From positions 1-34,467 of the IMG/VR virus record IMGVR_UViG_3300027764_000003: 34,467 nucleotides of DNA. The stretch is one strand, 5' to 3'. The position numbers and the translations under genes are program-made. The notes under the pieces are model-generated. The model was not told the origin of the DNA. It made no database searches and was given only the letters and a program-made list of their open reading frames with translations. How positions within the stretch are numbered: position 1 is the first letter of the stretch; the number at the start of each line of letters is the position of its first letter. Below are positions 33,714 through 34,467 of the stretch, one piece after another. The stretch comes from a virus (Duplodnaviria > Caudoviricetes).

Positions 33714-34378
33714 ACGCCACCAATCTTGGCAATGATCGCACCCATGTCTGGCGCTTCCCATGCGTCAAGCTTGCCGCTGCGGTCTTTTGCAAGCCACAGA
33801 CCATCGCTGTCGCACATGATGGCTCGCTGTGCGATTCCTTCGGCGTCTTTTTCGACGCGCAGGGCCAGCACCTCGTCGAAAAAGTAAGGAAGCTGCTGCC
33901 CGACTTTTGCACCCGGCATTGATGGGCTATAAAGAATGCGCCCGGATTCATCCTGAGACTTTTCTACCTTTGCGGTCATGAGCACGTGCTTGCCCGCAAG
34001 GTCGCGGAAGGCGCGGATGATGCTCGTCATCTGGACCGCCATTTCTCCGTATGCGGCGCGGCCATCCTTGTTGATGCGCTTTTCATGAATCAGCACGACC
34101 TCACCGATCTCGCTGATGCTGTCGAGCACGACAGAGGCGTACTTGTCGCCGCTTGCGGCAACGTACTCAAAAGCCTCCATGAGAGAATCCATCGAATTGA
34201 CTTCAATGTAGTCCAGCCCTGCATCCTTGATGGACAGCAAGCCGCCTTCTGCGGATATGATAATTGGCGCTGGCATACTTGCCGCCAGCGTAGTCTTGCC
34301 TGAACCGGCGTGCCCATAAACAAGCACCTTCAAGCCATTCACGGCAACTTGGGCCGTGTTCTTCAGTTGTATAGCCAT
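33710..34378 (-). CDS. AAA_24 / Sak4-like ssDNA-annealing ATPase
   Basis: VYGHAGSGKTT, SAEGGLLS, VLDSISE, YFFDEV, AKDRSG. AAGGAG SD. Confidence 0.9.
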   Translation of the reverse strand: MAIQLKNTAQVAVNGLKVLVYGHAGSGKTTLAASMPAPIIISAEGGLLSIKDAGLDYIEVNSMDSLMEAFEYVAASGDKYASVVLDSISEIGEVVLIHEKRINKDGRAAYGEMAVQMTSIIRAFRDLAGKHVLMTAKVEKSQDESGRILYSPSMPGAKVGQQLPYFFDEVLALRVEKDAEGIAQRAIMCDSDGLWLAKDRSGKLDAWEAPDMGAIIAKIGGV

Positions 34379-34467
34379 TGCATCTCCTTACTATCGCGTT
34401 CGGCCAATCCGGTTGCGATGTGGTATACAATATACTTAATTTATATTATGATGTAAACACACTTTCG
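34341..34467. repeat. Terminal direct repeat, right copy (circular-assembly overlap)
   Basis: Identical to 1-127. Confidence 0.95.

Noticed and set aside
34341-34467. 127-bp terminal repeat as a biological DTR
   Set aside because: The length equals a common assembler k-mer and it interrupts a gene, so it most likely marks circular-contig overlap rather than virion ends.

Overview
The window is one complete, circularly assembled genome of a tailed dsDNA phage with siphovirus-type tail genes. It has about 34,340 bp of unique sequence, because bases 1-127 are repeated exactly at 34341-34467. Two overlapping divergent sigma70-type promoters at 84-117 split it into two arms. The leftward arm is a recombination/replication operon: Sak4-like AAA ATPase, DUF669-type SSB, Cas4-like exonuclease, SF2 helicase and VRR-NUC. 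The rightward arm carries an HTH protein, a primase-helicase, a GGGGTACA-repeat origin candidate, about 20 small early/middle genes (including a SleB-type hydrolase, an Ala-repeat protein and dUTPase), a ParB-like plus Mom-like DNA-modification pair, terminase, portal, head and tail genes (with a -1 frameshifted chaperone), a fibre, a LamG-like protein and a holin/lysozyme cassette. I see no integrase, CI-type repressor, DNA polymerase, tRNA or CRISPR array. The most interesting signal is non-coding. Three intergenic hairpins in the early region have loops matching the CsrA/RsmA site (CANGGAYG), each paired with a downstream AAGGA Shine-Dalgarno. A candidate ~90-nt antisense RNA with its own promoter and terminator is complementary to two of those ribosome-binding regions. 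Several other RBS-linked RNA structures occur in the late and replication operons. All protein calls come from motif recognition and synteny, not from database searches.
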